Assembly: GCF_006345805.1 (NCBI RefSeq)
Contig: NC_043011.1
Location: forward strand, 34,484,464 to 34,548,463
Direction of reading: 5' to 3'
DNA from: Octopus sinensis
Lineage: Eukaryota
DNA length: 64,000 nucleotides
The first letter of the stretch is position 1; every line of letters starts with the position of its first letter. Position numbers and translations under genes: made by a program. The notes under the pieces are model-generated. The model searched no databases, had not been told where the DNA came from, and worked only from the letters and a program-made list of their open reading frames with translations. Shown piece after piece: positions 47,384 through 61,067 of the stretch.

Positions 47384-48899
47384 TATGGAAAACATTTAAA
47401 TTTTGGAAAAATTAAAAGAAAAGTTTTTTAAAAGAATGTTTGCATAGTATTCAAATACAAGGGACATTCTCCGCCACCTCCTTAACTTTACCACTATTGC
47501 TGTTTAGAATAACACCTACGCAAATTTTATAAACAATACATTCAAAAGAGATGTCTCAAGAATTCAATCACTACTACCATCCACAACAAGTCACTTTCAG
47601 GGCATCATGGCACTCCCGCATTCTCCTCCTCCTCCTTCTTCTTCTCCTCGGTCTCTTTTTCTCGAACCGCTAGATTACGGGGACATAAACTCACCAACAT
47701 CGGTCGTCAAGCGATGGTGAGGGACAAACACATGCACATAAATACAGACACACACATATACCATGAGCTTCTTTCAGTTTCTGTTTAGAAAATGCACTCA
47801 CAAAGCTTTGGTCGGCCCGAGGCTATAGTAGAAGACTGCTGCCCACGGTGCCACGCAGTGGGATTGAACACGGAACCATGTGGTTGGGGAGCAAACTTCT
47901 TGCCACACAACCACTCCTGCGCCTATTTTCAAAATGCCCGTAAAAAAATGTAACTCTCCCTGTTTGGTTGGTAGAATAATCCTTACTGTTATAGGCACAT
48001 AGACTGAAATTTTGAAGGGTAGGGGAAGTCGATTACATCGACTGTTCAACTGGTACTTATTTTTATCGATCCCATGGGAACGAAAGGCAAAAATCGACCT
48101 CAGCGTTTGAACTCAGAGCATAAAGACAGAAGAAATATTACTAAGCATTTTGTCCGGCGTACTAGTGATTCCTCTTTCTTTATTGCCCACATGGGGCTAA
48201 ACATAGAGGGGACAAACAAGGACAGACAAAGGGATTAAGTCGATTACATCGACTCCAGTGCGTAACTGGTACTTAATTTATCGACCCCGAACTGATGAAA
48301 GGCAAAGTCGACCTCGGCGGGATTTGAACTCAGAACGTAGCGGCAGACGAAATACGGCTACGCATTTCGCCCGGCGTGCTAACAATTCTGCCACCTCGCC
48401 GCCTTTGTTGGTGGGTAGAATAATGCAATAACAATCATATAACATGTAGTTCGAGAATATACGTTAAAACTTTACATTCATAAACAGCCAGGTAAGTAAA
48501 AGGCTGATAATAAGCTCAAATGTAGCATCTCCTCACCATTCCAAATGGTAACTGACCCAGGCTAGAAGTAAAATATAGCAACTACGCCGATATTTCGCTG
48601 TGAAATAATTTTTTGACACCCAATGGTTTGCGGCGGGTTTGGAGGTCAGATACGTTGAATGCACCCAAAAACACCCGTGGAAAAAATTATTTCATACCCA
48701 GGTACGAAAGGGTCCTTTACGAAATATTTACCGGAACTTCTCCCTTTTCATCAGGATCTTTTGTTGCTTCATCGATTTATTAAGATTATTTTCCGTTTTA
48801 TTCAAATTGGCGTTCAATTCACACATACACACACTCGTGCGCATATTTCTTTCATAAAATCTTTTGAATTTTCGAAATATTTGTCTAAATGATTGAAAT

Positions 48900-51250
48900 G
48901 TGTATTATGGAAGAACTTTGGTAAAATAGCTTTTCAACAAAAGACCTTGAAAGGAAACAATTAATTATTAATGATAGCAGACCAACGCCAAAATTACCTA
49001 ATTTGCGAAGTTCCAACAATTTCAGACTAATCTATATGGAAGGAAAAAATGGTTAACTGGAGGTGCTAAGCTAAATAAGTTATTCTGTTGGCCTTGTTTG
49101 TTATTTGGTTTAGAAAAAAAAAAACTGTTCGGAGTGATAAAAATTACGATGATTTAAATAATCTACGTATTACCATGCTAAAATGCGAACGTTCTCAAAG
49201 ACATATAACATCTTTGAAAGTTCTTACAGCATTGCATATAAAAAAAAAAACAGCAGTATAATAAGTTAGACAAAGTAAATCCATTCTGTGGCGTTTGATC
49301 GATGCAGTTATTTTTCTCGGTTATCAGGAATTATCATTTCGGGGTCATTTTGAATCAAAAGAATCTAATAAGCGCGGAAATCATAAAGAATTCTTTGTGG
49401 CTGTGTGGTAAGTAGCTGGTTTACCAACCACATGGTTCCGGGTTCAGTCCCACTGCGTGGCACCTTGGGCAAGTGTCTTCTAGTGTAGCCTCGGGCCGAC
49501 CAAAGCCTTGTGAGTGGATTTGGTAGACGGAAACTGAAAGAAGCCCGTCGTATATATGTATATATATATATATATATGTGTGTGTGCGTGTGCGTGTATG
49601 TTTGTATGTCTGTGTTTGTCCCCCTAGCATTGCTTGACAACCGATGCTGGTGCGTTTATGTCCCCGTCACTTAGCGGTTCGGCAAAAGAGACCGATAGAA
49701 TAAGTACTGGGCTTACAAAGAATAAGTCCCGGGGTCGAGTTGCTCGATTAAAGGCGGTGCTCCAGCATGGCCGCAGTCAAATGACTGAAACAAGTAAAAG
49801 AGTAAAGAGAGTAAATATGACGACAAATTGACAAGCCGTCTTGCTACAGTTTCTGTTTTCTCAGATCTCTCGAAACAGAATTCAAAATGACTTGATCAAT
49901 GCCGTTCAGAAATATATAAAAAATAAATAAATGCGCCCTTTTAAAGCCTAGCCAGGCTCGTGGGCCCGGTTTCCCGGTTTCAATGGCGTATGTGTTCCCC
50001 AGCTGGACAGGACGCCAGTCCATCGCAGCGTTACTCATTTTTGCCAGCTGAGTGGACTAGAGCAACGTGAAATGAGGTGTTTTGCTCAAGAACACAACGC
50101 GTCGCCCGGTCCAGGAATTGAAACCACAGTCTTACAATCATGATGTTGACACCCTAACAACTAAGCCACGCGCCTCTACTCCGAAAATTATGTTGGACGA
50201 AATAGAAAATGAACTAAAGCAGGTAAAATTCGGAGCTATTCTTGTAGATGAAATATCCGATGTATCAAACTATTCACAACTGTCAACTGCTTTACATTAT
50301 GTTACAAAAGATTGTGTTATTAAAGAACGATTTATCAGTTTTAATGATGTTAGTGCTGATAGTTCAGCAAATGCTTTATCTGAACACGCTTTTAAATGCA
50401 TTGAGACGTGAAAGTGTGGAAACAAAATTAATTATGGTGGTGCTGCTACAGTTAAATAGGGTGCAGTCAGAAGTAAGAGAAAAAATATGAATGTACGATC
50501 TTTGTTCCTTATTGTGCTCATGTCCTAAGTTTAGTTCTTTCGCGAGCATGCAGTGTTATTGGGTACGTTTTTAACGAAATCATCTAAAAGTGCTAATGCG
50601 TTAAATAAAATAGTTAAAAAAAGATTTTCCAAAGCTAGATGAAAATACTCCTCACGTCTCGTTCTTACTATAAAAAAGTTTTATTTCATTGTCAGGCTTT
50701 TTGAAGACATCATTAAAAATTTTGAAGCATGGGATGAGACCACAATGAATTCTGCTATTAGATTCTTACGTAATTTAAAAGCTCCCGATTTCTTATTTCT
50801 ATTAAAAGTATTAGTGATATATTTTCCTTCATTGATGTCTTATTTAACATCCTTCAAACTAAAAGGCATGACATAGTATAATGTAAACAGCAAAGAGATA
50901 AAACTAGAACTGTGCTCGAAAATAAACTCGATGATTTTCCAATATTTTATAATATGTTAGGAGGAAAATATGGAATCGATGCAGCAATCGAAATTAAGAG
51001 ATTCAGGAATAAATCTGTTGATCCCCAACAACATTATAGAATGCTTTATAACAAAATTGTTGACCAATTAAAAACGTGATACTCAATCCTTAGAAGAGCT
51101 TAAATTCATAGAACTTTTCAATTTCAGCAAAAAGTGAGGAATATCGCAAAATCTTTCCAGTGGATGCTTTAGATTCTTTAAAAATTATAGTAGTTCTTTT
51201 GGCATAACTAAATAGAGCGTTATCCAGTAATGAATAAACCATGTCAGCAT
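48900..51250 (+). mobile_element. Degenerate hAT transposase (TTF zinc finger plus DUF4371/ZMYM1-like region), interrupted by two SINEs
   Basis: KKWLTGGAKLNKLFCWPCLLF; NRIQNDLINAV; FGAILVDEISDVSNYSQLSTALHYV..KERFISF; YCAHVLSLVL; many frameshifts. Confidence 0.8.
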
Positions 51251-51884
51251 GAACGTCCTCAAGGGCTAATGCTTTTTTCTGGAGGTACTTGATAACACCA
51301 CGATGGTAAGTTTTATTTATTTTCGAGAGACGTTGCTACTTAGTTACATTTGAAGTCTTCTTTGAATAGTCAGATGTCAGTTTACCTGAAAGGAAACAAT
51401 GCCGTTATTAACATGTAAAGTTGAAATGAATGCATGCAAGATTTCTATCGTCATTCCTTCATAGAAAACCTATGAACTTTTCAACCCACTCTCGTACTTA
51501 TTGGTTTTAATATTAACATTAGAAAAAAGTTAGGACCAGAATTTTCACCCACTAAGCAAATTTCGTTCCTGTGTGAGTGTTTGTACATTATATGTATGTA
51601 CGTACGTACGTACGTATGTATGTATGTATGTATGTATGTATGTATGTATGTATGTATGTATGTATGTATGTATGTATGTATGGTGGCCGTGTGTCTCGTC
51701 TTTTAGAAATAGCAGTCAAAATGTACATGCATAAAAGTTGTTCAATTTTGACAAGTCGAAAACAAGGTTGAGGGATACGACACGATCACTCGCCTCCTTA
51801 CAAATAAAACGTGTTTATTTGCAAATTATATCTATTTCAGCATTAATAAATCTCTGAACGAGATATAAACAGTAAACGCTCGAC

Positions 51885-52107
51885 AACGTAAGGTGTACTA
51901 GCCATCTGAATGTGGCTAGCCACTGGGGGTGGGGGTGTTACTGATGCTTTTAGCCCCAGGGTAGCACTTAGGTTTTCGAGGGAGGATGACCTCCCTTTGC
52001 AAATAACACGAGGTCACTGAAATGTTGTGTCTAAAGTCCATCTGGTGACGTTGATCGCCTGGGGCTAGGTGGCTAGCCACATTCAGATGGCTAGTACATC
52101 TTACGTT
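51885..52107. mobile_element. MITE-like element with 37-bp TIRs
   Basis: aacgtaaggtgtactagccatctgaatgtggctagcc / ggctagccacattcagatggctagtacatcttacgtt. Confidence 0.7.
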
Positions 52108-52414
52108 ATATCTATTTCATTTTATGCATAAGACAGGAGGAGTAAAAAGTAGGAGTAGGAGGAGGAGGAGGAGAAAAAGAAGTGGAAGAAGACGTTCGAC
52201 ACAAAGCTAAAACTACAAATGCTACACCGATGAAAAAGTACTCGACTTTACTTTTGTCCTGCCAAAACTAATATCCGCATGGAAAAAATCCTTTTGGGTG
52301 GGAGGTGACACCACCCTTCCTGCGCAAAGAGGTGGGCGAAGTCAGTTCTCGGCTGTTACGCTCTAGAGTAGAGTCGTACAGTGCGAGCTCGTAGGATTTT
52401 CGTTTTCACTCAAG

Positions 52415-52528
52415 ATGACCGAAGTTATCGAGCAGAGACCGTAAATCCATGTCACATCACCAGTGATGATTGTCTTCATGAAGTCCGGATCGTGGTTTGC
52501 ACAGTCCAGCATATCCTGAGCGATCTGT
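52415..52528. mobile_element. Rearranged mariner transposase remnants
   Basis: Plus strand MTEVIEQR (52415-52438) directly abuts minus-strand QIAQDMLDCANHDPDFMKTIITGDVTWIYG (52439-52528). Confidence 0.55.
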
Positions 52529-52574
52529 ATCACAAAGCCGTTCAACATGATGCGCTTGCTCCATGGCGATGATG

Positions 52575-53720
52575 CCATGGAGCAAGCGCATTATGTTGAA
52601 CGGCTTTAAGAGGTTATCGTTTATTCTGACCGTTGAACAGATGTCGCTGTGCATTGCAACGATCCAGCTCCAGAATACAGGCCCGAAACCAGCTACCTTG
52701 AGGACCGCCGCTAGATATAGATAGTTGACCCTATCGAAAGCTTTAAACTGATCTACACTGACCAGGGCCCCACCTGTGCCAGGTTCTTTAGCCACTTTCT
52801 CAATGAAGTATCGTATGAGATGGAGGCTGTCGTGGATGGCTCTTTTCGGGATGGCACATGCCTGTGCCTCTCCTACCAGATACCCGACGACAAGCGCCAA
52901 CCTCGTAGCTAATACCTTGGCCAAAATTTTTAACTCTGCGTTCAGCAGAGTTATGGATCTAAAGTTGTTAATACAATACCCTTGTTCAGATCTTTTCTCA
53001 GTTCACAAAACTGGGAATTTTCCCATTTGTTGTCAGTTGCAGTAAACGTTTGCTAAGAGGTCGAACAGGTCTGGCATGTAAGCATAAAGCTCGATGGGTA
53101 GACCATCCAAAGCAGGCCATTTACCCCTCGTACGGCTATTTCAAAGGCTGTTATCGGCCTTTCGCAGCACTCCGCCTCCGTCACCGAAAGCCGCGGCAGT
53201 CCGTCGAGGTAGGACGTGAAATCCATCCTGCGACCCGGATCACTGCTGCTCCCGAACAGTTGAGCAAACCGCCGCTGAAAGGCCGCACACATCTGTCTCA
53301 GATCAGTTATCATTTTTGCTTCGTGGTCCGGCAAAGATCGGATCGTGGATTTATTGCCACGCCGTGTCTCTGCCACTCAGGCCCATTGAATGGCGTTCGT
53401 CCCTTCGTGTCGAAGTGCTCGTGCCTTAGCTCTGACAACGCAACATTTGTGTTTCACATTGAAGAATTAGTCGAGTGCGAATCTTACTGCGAGCACGTCG
53501 GTCGTGATGCCTTTTCTAAAAGCCTCGTCTAACTTCTTGACTACCTCTGCCTCTATTCTGTTTCTACTACTAGTCATTTGCTAAACCTTATCCATTCTAG
53601 TCTAATCGCCTTTTTCAGAGCGAACCACCATTTATTGTTGGTTATTGCCCCCATCAATGCCCTCTTAACTAGTTCACTAATCCGGTCACTGAAATCTTTA
53701 CTCGCCGGCAACGACAATAA
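52575..53720 (-). mobile_element. L1/Tx1-clade LINE reverse transcriptase fragment
   Basis: LLNAELKILAKVLATRL..QACAIPKRAIHDSLHLIR..ALVSVDQFKAFDRVNYLYL..LKVAGFGP..WIVAMHS..VRIND. Confidence 0.88.
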
Positions 53721-53874
53721 TAATGAAAAGAAACTGACGCAATACAATACCGTAAAGAGTTTGCTCACCCCGACCAACGATAAAGAACACACAACAATGC
53801 TGCACACACCCCAGCAACACGGAGGTGTAGCAGGGGATGCTGTAGAAATTTACTTGAAACTACCAAATGTTGAA

Positions 53875-53922
<48 letters not shown>

Positions 53923-53985
53923 AACAACAACAACAACAACAACTACTACTACTACTAACTACTACTACTACTTCTTCTTCTTCTT

Positions 53986-54022
<37 letters not shown>

Positions 54023-54229
54023 CAACAACAACAACAACAATAATAATAATTTCATCTATTTGCCACAAGGGCGAAGGGCAAAGAGGACAATAAAAAGACA
54101 GACATAAAGTGTTAGGGGTTTACATATAATTAATGATAAAAAAGGTAAGTATACACAGTATACACTGAAAACGAAGGAGCATATGCATAGCATGCAAAGC
54201 TGAAAATAAAAAGTACGGAGAATGATGGA

Positions 54230-55195
54230 GATGTGACCCTCCTGATACAGGTACGCTTCTAGGGATAATCGAAGAACCTCACTGTCCGAGATTTCCCTGA
54301 AACCCCAAGAGCAAGTACCCTCTCCAATTCCTTCTCTCCGACTCACAGGTCTACACTTAGTGAGGTACTATCCACTCTTGCCATTTTCGCAACTTTCGCC
54401 CACCTTTCAATAAACTCACTCGAGGATAGCACTTCGCTCTCCACCTCTCCACTCTCAATTTTCTATTCAAGTGAAACTCGAAGAAGTCAATGAGAGCTCT
54501 ACCAAAGAAGAATGTATCTGTCCTCATGCCTTTCGGCTCTGTCCACCAAATAACCTCTTTCGCCACAGTCACCAGGCGAAGGAAAACTGCTTTGCCTGCC
54601 CGATTGCTGGAGGGCGGCGGAGCGATCATAACTACAGACGAATCCGTTCCACACGTGATAGAAGCTGTTCGACATAACCCCACAAGTCAGCAATGCCGGG
54701 ACACTGAACGAGAGCGTGCAGAATGGTTTCGTCACTACGCGCACCTCGGACAAGCCCGTCTGACAGCACATCTATGCATGTAAAGTTTATCACGAAGCAG
54801 TAGCGCCCACCTATAGCACTGTCAGGCCAAGAAAATCTGGAAAGTATCCATGATAGTTCCAAACTGGAAAGTCCTCCGGAACAGACAAGCCAGTTCGTTC
54901 TCGTCGGCGCCCAGAGTCTCCCCAAGAGACTTCCCCGCCACTAATCTGCTATACATTTCTAAAGTGTACCATCCACCGATACAGCTGCCCGACTGGTAGA
55001 GGGCTGTGAGCATCGGACAACATTCTAAGTGCCAGGCGCCCAGTCTCGGCCTTTTCTTCACCCAGGACTGCAAGGAGACGAGCTGCAGAAAGATGAACCC
55101 CACAAACGGGCCATACACACGCTCACCGTCCAGAAATCGCAGCAGGTGATGTAACCTAAGAGCGTGTGTGCGCATTAGGAGCCACAGCATGCCTA
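54230..55195 (-). mobile_element. L1/Tx1-clade LINE C-terminal fragment (zf-RVT region)
   Basis: ALRLHHLLRFL..RCARSDETILHALVQCP..LWGYVEQLL..VAKEVIWWT; separated from the RT fragment by microsatellites. Confidence 0.72.
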
Positions 55196-56369
55196 ATGAT
55201 GATGATGATTTCTTTTATTTGACACCAGGATTACGGATGAGGAGGACAATACTAAGACTGATATAAAGCGTAGGGGTTTACATATAATGAAATGATAAAC
55301 AAAAGATGTAGAAAACGTACACGAGGCGATGTACCATTTGAAATGACGTGTTTTTCCCAGCGTAATCTTCAGGTATTATGCTCCGCCTTCATAAACATGT
55401 TTATCTTATCTTAAGTATTTATTTCAAGCTTTGTGTAGATATATACAGACGCTGGTGTATAGGCGCGTAAACAAGAAGATAATATCGCAGCAATTTCGAA
55501 ATTTAGGATGATTGCTAGTCTTCTAGATAAGGCGGTTATTGGCATACTTGCGCAAAGGGCTTACAGATTGGGCAGAACAAGCTAGGAGAGAGAGGATAGG
55601 GAAAGAAAGAGGAAGAGAGAGAGGATAGGGAAGGAGAGAGAGAGAGATGTTTTTAACAGATGGGTCCATTGTTTTCATCTTCTTGGTTTCATAATTTCGA
55701 TTATGAGGCCTTCATAGGGGTCAACTTTGTTTTTTTGGGTGAATGAGATAATTCGAAGATGCCCTAACACGAGTGAAAAACATCCTACGTGTGGCTGTGT
55801 GGTAAGAAGTTTGATCCCCAAGGCGGCGAGCTGGCAGAAACGTTAGCACAGGATGAAAGGCAAAGTCGACTTCGGCGGAATTTGAACTCGTCTACCGTTA
55901 CGTTCTGAGTTCAAATTCCGCCGAGGTCGACTTTGCCTTTCATCCTTTCGGAGTCGATTAAATAAGTACTAGTTACGCACTGGGGTCGATATAATCGACT
56001 TAATCCGTTTGTCTGTCCTTGTTTGTTCTCTCTGTGTTTAGCCCCTTGTGGGTAGTAAAGAAATAGGTATTTCGTCTGCCGTTACGTTCTAAATTCAAAT
56101 TCCGCCAACGTCGATTTTGCCTTTCATCCTTTCGGGGTCGATAAATTAAGTACCAGTTACATATATCAAACTAAGGTTACAGAACAAACAAATGCAAGGT
56201 CATCCACATAACATTTCATATCTCGAACATTTAATCATAGAATATACATTTATGACATCACAGAAGATGAAACATAACTCAACTTTACAAGCATATAAGA
56301 AAGTGCGAGAAACAATCACTGTATTATTTATACATACATATATACATACATACATACATACATACATGC

Positions 56370-56445
<76 letters not shown>

Positions 56446-56639
56446 ATGTGTGTGTGTGTGAGTCACCACCGTCTGACCACTGGTGTTGAGCTGGATACAC
56501 CCCCGTAAACGTACCAGGCTTTAAAGCATATGTACTGGGCTCGATTCATTCGACTAAAATTTCTCAAGGTGGTGCCCCAGCATGGCCGCAGTCTAATAAC
56601 TGAAACAAGTAAAAGATAAAAGAAACTGTTGGTGGAAAA

Positions 56640-57600
56640 GTTAGTTTCTTTTATCTTTTTAGTCTTTCTTTCAGGATGTCTTTGAAAAGTTTCATCTACG
56701 TCCATCCTCCAGGTTTCCTCTTTTTCAATTCAGAAAGTTTTGTTTTCTGTCCGCAGTGCATGTTCAACCTACAGAATACAGTCAATTGGCATTATTGTCT
56801 TTTGGACCCTGGAAAGTAAACAGAACTTCTTCAGAGGTTGAAGGAGTACTGAGCGCAACATCAATACATCTGAATGGGATGTGCTGAAAAACAATATCTT
56901 CATCAATTTAATAATAGTGATTTAGGAGTTTTTCAAAGTGCTCCATCTAGCGTTGGTTTATGTTATTAATTTTTGGAATAGTTATACCCTACCACAGATA
57001 TCGAAGTGATATTTGTTGGTGGTTTGTAACTTATTGATGTGCCATAGATAAAATTCCTAGCGCTGAAGAAGCCTCTAGTAATATTAATGTCTGCTAGGCA
57101 TTGGATATTTATAACTTTGTCTCCCACCATTTGTCTTAGCGCACAGTTTTCTGTATCAAAACCCTGTTTTTCTGCTAGATTTTAACTTTTAGCTGGAAAT
57201 GGGATCCTCCAAAAGAACCCTGTCACCTGTCTGCTTCTCTTTAACGTGTTGTACTTCTTCACTGTTGACTTCAAACCAGTCATGATGTTGCTTTTCCTAT
57301 CTGCCAATAGCCTGTTCACATGTTAAAGTGAATCCTTCCATCGGTAGGCCCAGTATTCTACGATCGTTGTTAGGTATTCGACAAGAAGTTTTTCCTTGAG
57401 ATTCAAACCTCTTTGCCAAGTCTTTGAGAAATACCACATTGATTTTTTTTTATTGTGAATCCCAACTGCAGCTTTGCAGCAGTCCAGAAGTCTATCTTAA
57501 TGATCATGTGACCTGACAATAAGGGCCATTGTGCCAGTGCTTAGAATTTTGATGCAGACAGGAAGTATTATAGCAATTATTCTGACGAAAAAGAGCGTTA
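56640..57600 (-). mobile_element. Degenerate RTE (BovB-like) LINE fragment
   Basis: Minus strand HHDWFEVNSEEVQH..IQCLADINITRGFFSA..IYG..MEHFEN, like the RTE linker between endonuclease and RT. Confidence 0.6.
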
Positions 57601-57739
57601 GTCAAGTCGGAGTCATGTTCGGTACATTTCTTTAGAAGAAGGCTCTCGTTGAAGAGTCGACATTTCCAACACTTAAATATTTTTTCATTTGTTTCAGTCC
57701 AAGTGTTCTATTCTTTCGCCACTCTGGCTTTAAAATCCT

Positions 57740-58240
57740 AGAGGAGGAAGATTTTGCCCTCTGGAATATTAGAAGGAATGGGCTTCAACAAAAAACAAGA
57801 CTAGAGCAAGTACTCATTTGACCAATAGGCATTTATGGTTGTGAAGTATGGACTCAGAATAAATTTGAAGAGAACATAATCAATGCGTTCGAAATGTAGG
57901 TTGTATGAGAATGTCATGAGTTTCTTACAAGGACCATCGGACAAATGAATGGGTGTCAGACGTAGGTGAAAGACGACAACTGAACATTATGAAAAAACAA
58001 AAGCTCCTCTATTATGGCCATATTTGAAGAAGCAGATGCTAGAAAAGCGTTATCATCGAAGAAAGAGTACAGAGTAGATCAAGAGACTGGCAAAGTACCT
58101 AATGGATGGACAATATCAAGAGCATGTCGGACATTAGTGGCAAGGCAGCTGAAGAACTGGAGCTTAATTGGGAAGATTTTCATTGTAGTGTTGTTATCAA
58201 TGAGCTGCAGTGGGACAGTACATGACGACGACGACGACGA
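57740..58240 (+). mobile_element. RTE LINE 3' fragment
   Basis: PIGIYGCEVWTQNKFEENIINAFEM..SYKDHRTNEWV..KQKLLYYGHI; ends in (GAC)n. Confidence 0.7.
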
Positions 58241-59339
58241 CGGGGCTTAACTGTGCTTAGAACATATCCGTCACATTGTCACCAATATCAAGGGCTGGAA
58301 CATATTTGACAAAGGCGGAGGCGTAGAATTATCACTTATTCATTGGCACTGGCCAAGAGTTCGAACACTTTGGAAAGGAAAGTGTTTTTTCCTTAAAGCA
58401 AATCCTAACCACATGGATTTGCGATTCAAGGTGAACTTTACCTTTCATTCTTTCGGGGGCTTATTGGAAAAAAAAATTACAGTATTGGGTGCAGTTTTGG
58501 TGGAAGTATAGTATTAAAATGTCAGACAGGATGTCTGGTAATATCTGTTTCGGCTCTTAGGGGAACTCTAGGTTGGCGGTTGTGGATGTGGACGGTCAGT
58601 ACCCTCTCTGAGACTTTAAGTGTCGAAAATTATGATTAAATTTCGAATCTTTGAAGTAGCAGTACCATCGTGATATGTATGGATGTACCGCTAGTTCTAG
58701 ACAAGTTTTATATATTAATATATAGCAGAGCGATCGGCAAGTATGTGTGAGAATGCGTATAGCAAAATAAGGGATAGTAGCGCTCCGTTGGAGAAATGAG
58801 CCCTGCGAGGAGGAGTGACAACTGCAACGATTGTCACTGACCAATCTTCGCGGCAACGTCATCGCGGTCTTTATTGCAAGGCGGGGGCTGAGATCCCCAC
58901 TGGTTCTGTGAGGTGTGGCCCATCGCCCTTCCCTCTCCGTCTTCCGCTTTTTTCTTTCTTTAATTTTCATCTTTTTAAAATGTGTATTAGTAAATAAAGA
59001 AAAATTGTATAATTCTTGGCGTAGCTGTGTGGTAAGAAACTTGCTTCCCAACCAAATGGTTTCCGGATTCAGTCATACAGTCATACTGCGTGGCACCGTG
59101 GGCAAGTGTCTTCTATTATAGCCTCGGTCCGACCAAAGCGTTGTGAATGGATTTGATAGATGGAAACTGAAAGAAGCCTGTCTTATATATATATATATAT
59201 ATATATAAGTTCAGCAAAATTTAGATTCAAAAGAATATGTTACTTAAGTTAGATGCACCAGAATTTTGTATGGTGTTATCCATATAAATCTATGGGGTGA
59301 TTATAATCAAAATAAGCAAAAATAATAACTTCGGTAATT

Positions 59340-59423
59340 TGGTGCGATCGTTTCGTACTACATCATTTTATTAAATGTTGTAACTATCACAACAGTTTTA
59401 AAATGCTGAACACTCATCAGCCA
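59340..59423 (-). ncRNA. Degenerate hammerhead-like motif in a (TA)n-anchored element
   Basis: Minus strand TGG CTGATGA GT...AC GAAAC GATC GCA CCA. The triplet is GCA instead of GUH, so it is probably inactive. Confidence 0.45.
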
Positions 59424-61067
59424 TTAAGACTGTAAACGAACTGGTTTGACATGAAGTTTCAGGGCCTAATAGTCTACTTCTAGTGACTGGTTCTAAGATG
59501 TCAGTATTCAGAGTGACCTCCACTTCCTTGAGCTCAGCCTCTAAAGCAAGATGCTTACTAGCTTATGTCATGTAATTTAACATAGTAACTGAGTCTCCCT
59601 GCATTAGAAGGTCTGACCCAGGGTAAGCAACTGAAATATTTAATTCCATATCACAATGGAAACCATAAGCGAATTTTCACGCGTTTAATTCAATGATTAC
59701 CTTTACGTGATTGATCGATTTACTAGAAACAGCATAATAACATCCTTCAGTCTACATTCCTCCAGTTTAAAGATTAAGAATACATTACACCATGCAAACC
59801 TGTTATATTTCTTTCTGTCATGGTAGATGAAAATGTACCAAACTAGAGCAACGGGTTGACGGAGCTGTGAGAAGATCAGACAATATGTCTTGTGTAATCA
59901 TTCCCGGTTCTTTGCATAGTGACATGAATGCCTGCGGGGAGACTGATAGATCAGCCCAAGTCGGCGGATTTTTCTTTGAATAACCAACATTGACATAGCG
60001 AAGAGTGATTCGCATGTATAATTAACTACCAGTCTTACAGAAAATAGCTTACCATTGTCACCATATTCATGTACAGAGGTACACAGTCAGCTTCGACCAT
60101 AGACACACGGTAAATGAAAAGCAAAGATGACGAGTCGGTCACGGTTGAATTACCTTTTGTTTATTGGGTTGATTGATCAGAGCTCATTTTATCTTATATT
60201 CTCTCGTCGCTCATACGAATAAGGATTGAACAAGATACAGTTGCACGAAGTCCTTCGCCACGAGAATTATGAAGGCAGTTTGAAAGCGTTTTGTGTTGGT
60301 GTCTTGGTTTGCTGAACAATCTGCACGGTGAACTTTATAGTAGGCATGGTTTGTGCAGAGCCAATCCATTCTCTCGTCCCCCACGCTTGTATTGGTTTGG
60401 TGCAACTAGTGCAACGAACCCAGTAGTTATCAAGATGCAGGATTTGTATGCGGAGTTACCTTCTCTTAGATGGTAACAGGCCAGCATATACTTGTGTAGA
60501 ATATGGTCAGCTTCGACTGATCGTTGCCTTATGTAAACACTAGACACACTATATGCGAAAGGCAAAAAGGATGAGATGATTATGGTCGGAGCGCCTTTTG
60601 ATCACAGGGCTTCGTGATCGGACTAACTAGTGGTAAACCACCATGCCATCTCACAACGCGTACTTTGTAAGTGGACAGGATATGTTATGAGCCTCTGTAA
60701 TCCTTTCAGATCAGAGATCATATAAACACCATTTGATGAATCGCTCAAGGTGTGTCGCAGAACAGAGTAGTTCCTTGCTTAAGTGCCTACGACAGGTCTT
60801 ATGAAACATCTCCACGATGCACTAAATATATTGGTGGAAATACTCCAGTAAGATCAACTGTCCGATGTAGATGACTCAAGTTTCTGATCCATGCGGGACA
60901 ATGAGGGTGACAACTTCCTTATGCACAAGTAACTCCATGTCAGTCCGGTTGACTTTGTCTCGGTTCTGAAAAACTCGACTTATATTTGAAGGCACCCAGG
61001 GGTAGTTTGTACACCAGAGAAAAACGAAACAAACACAACTGATTAACTCTTTTAAAGTTGTGAAATA

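Noticed and set aside
58596-59051. 151-aa minus-strand ORF
   Set aside because: It starts inside a SINE and has no splice or domain support.
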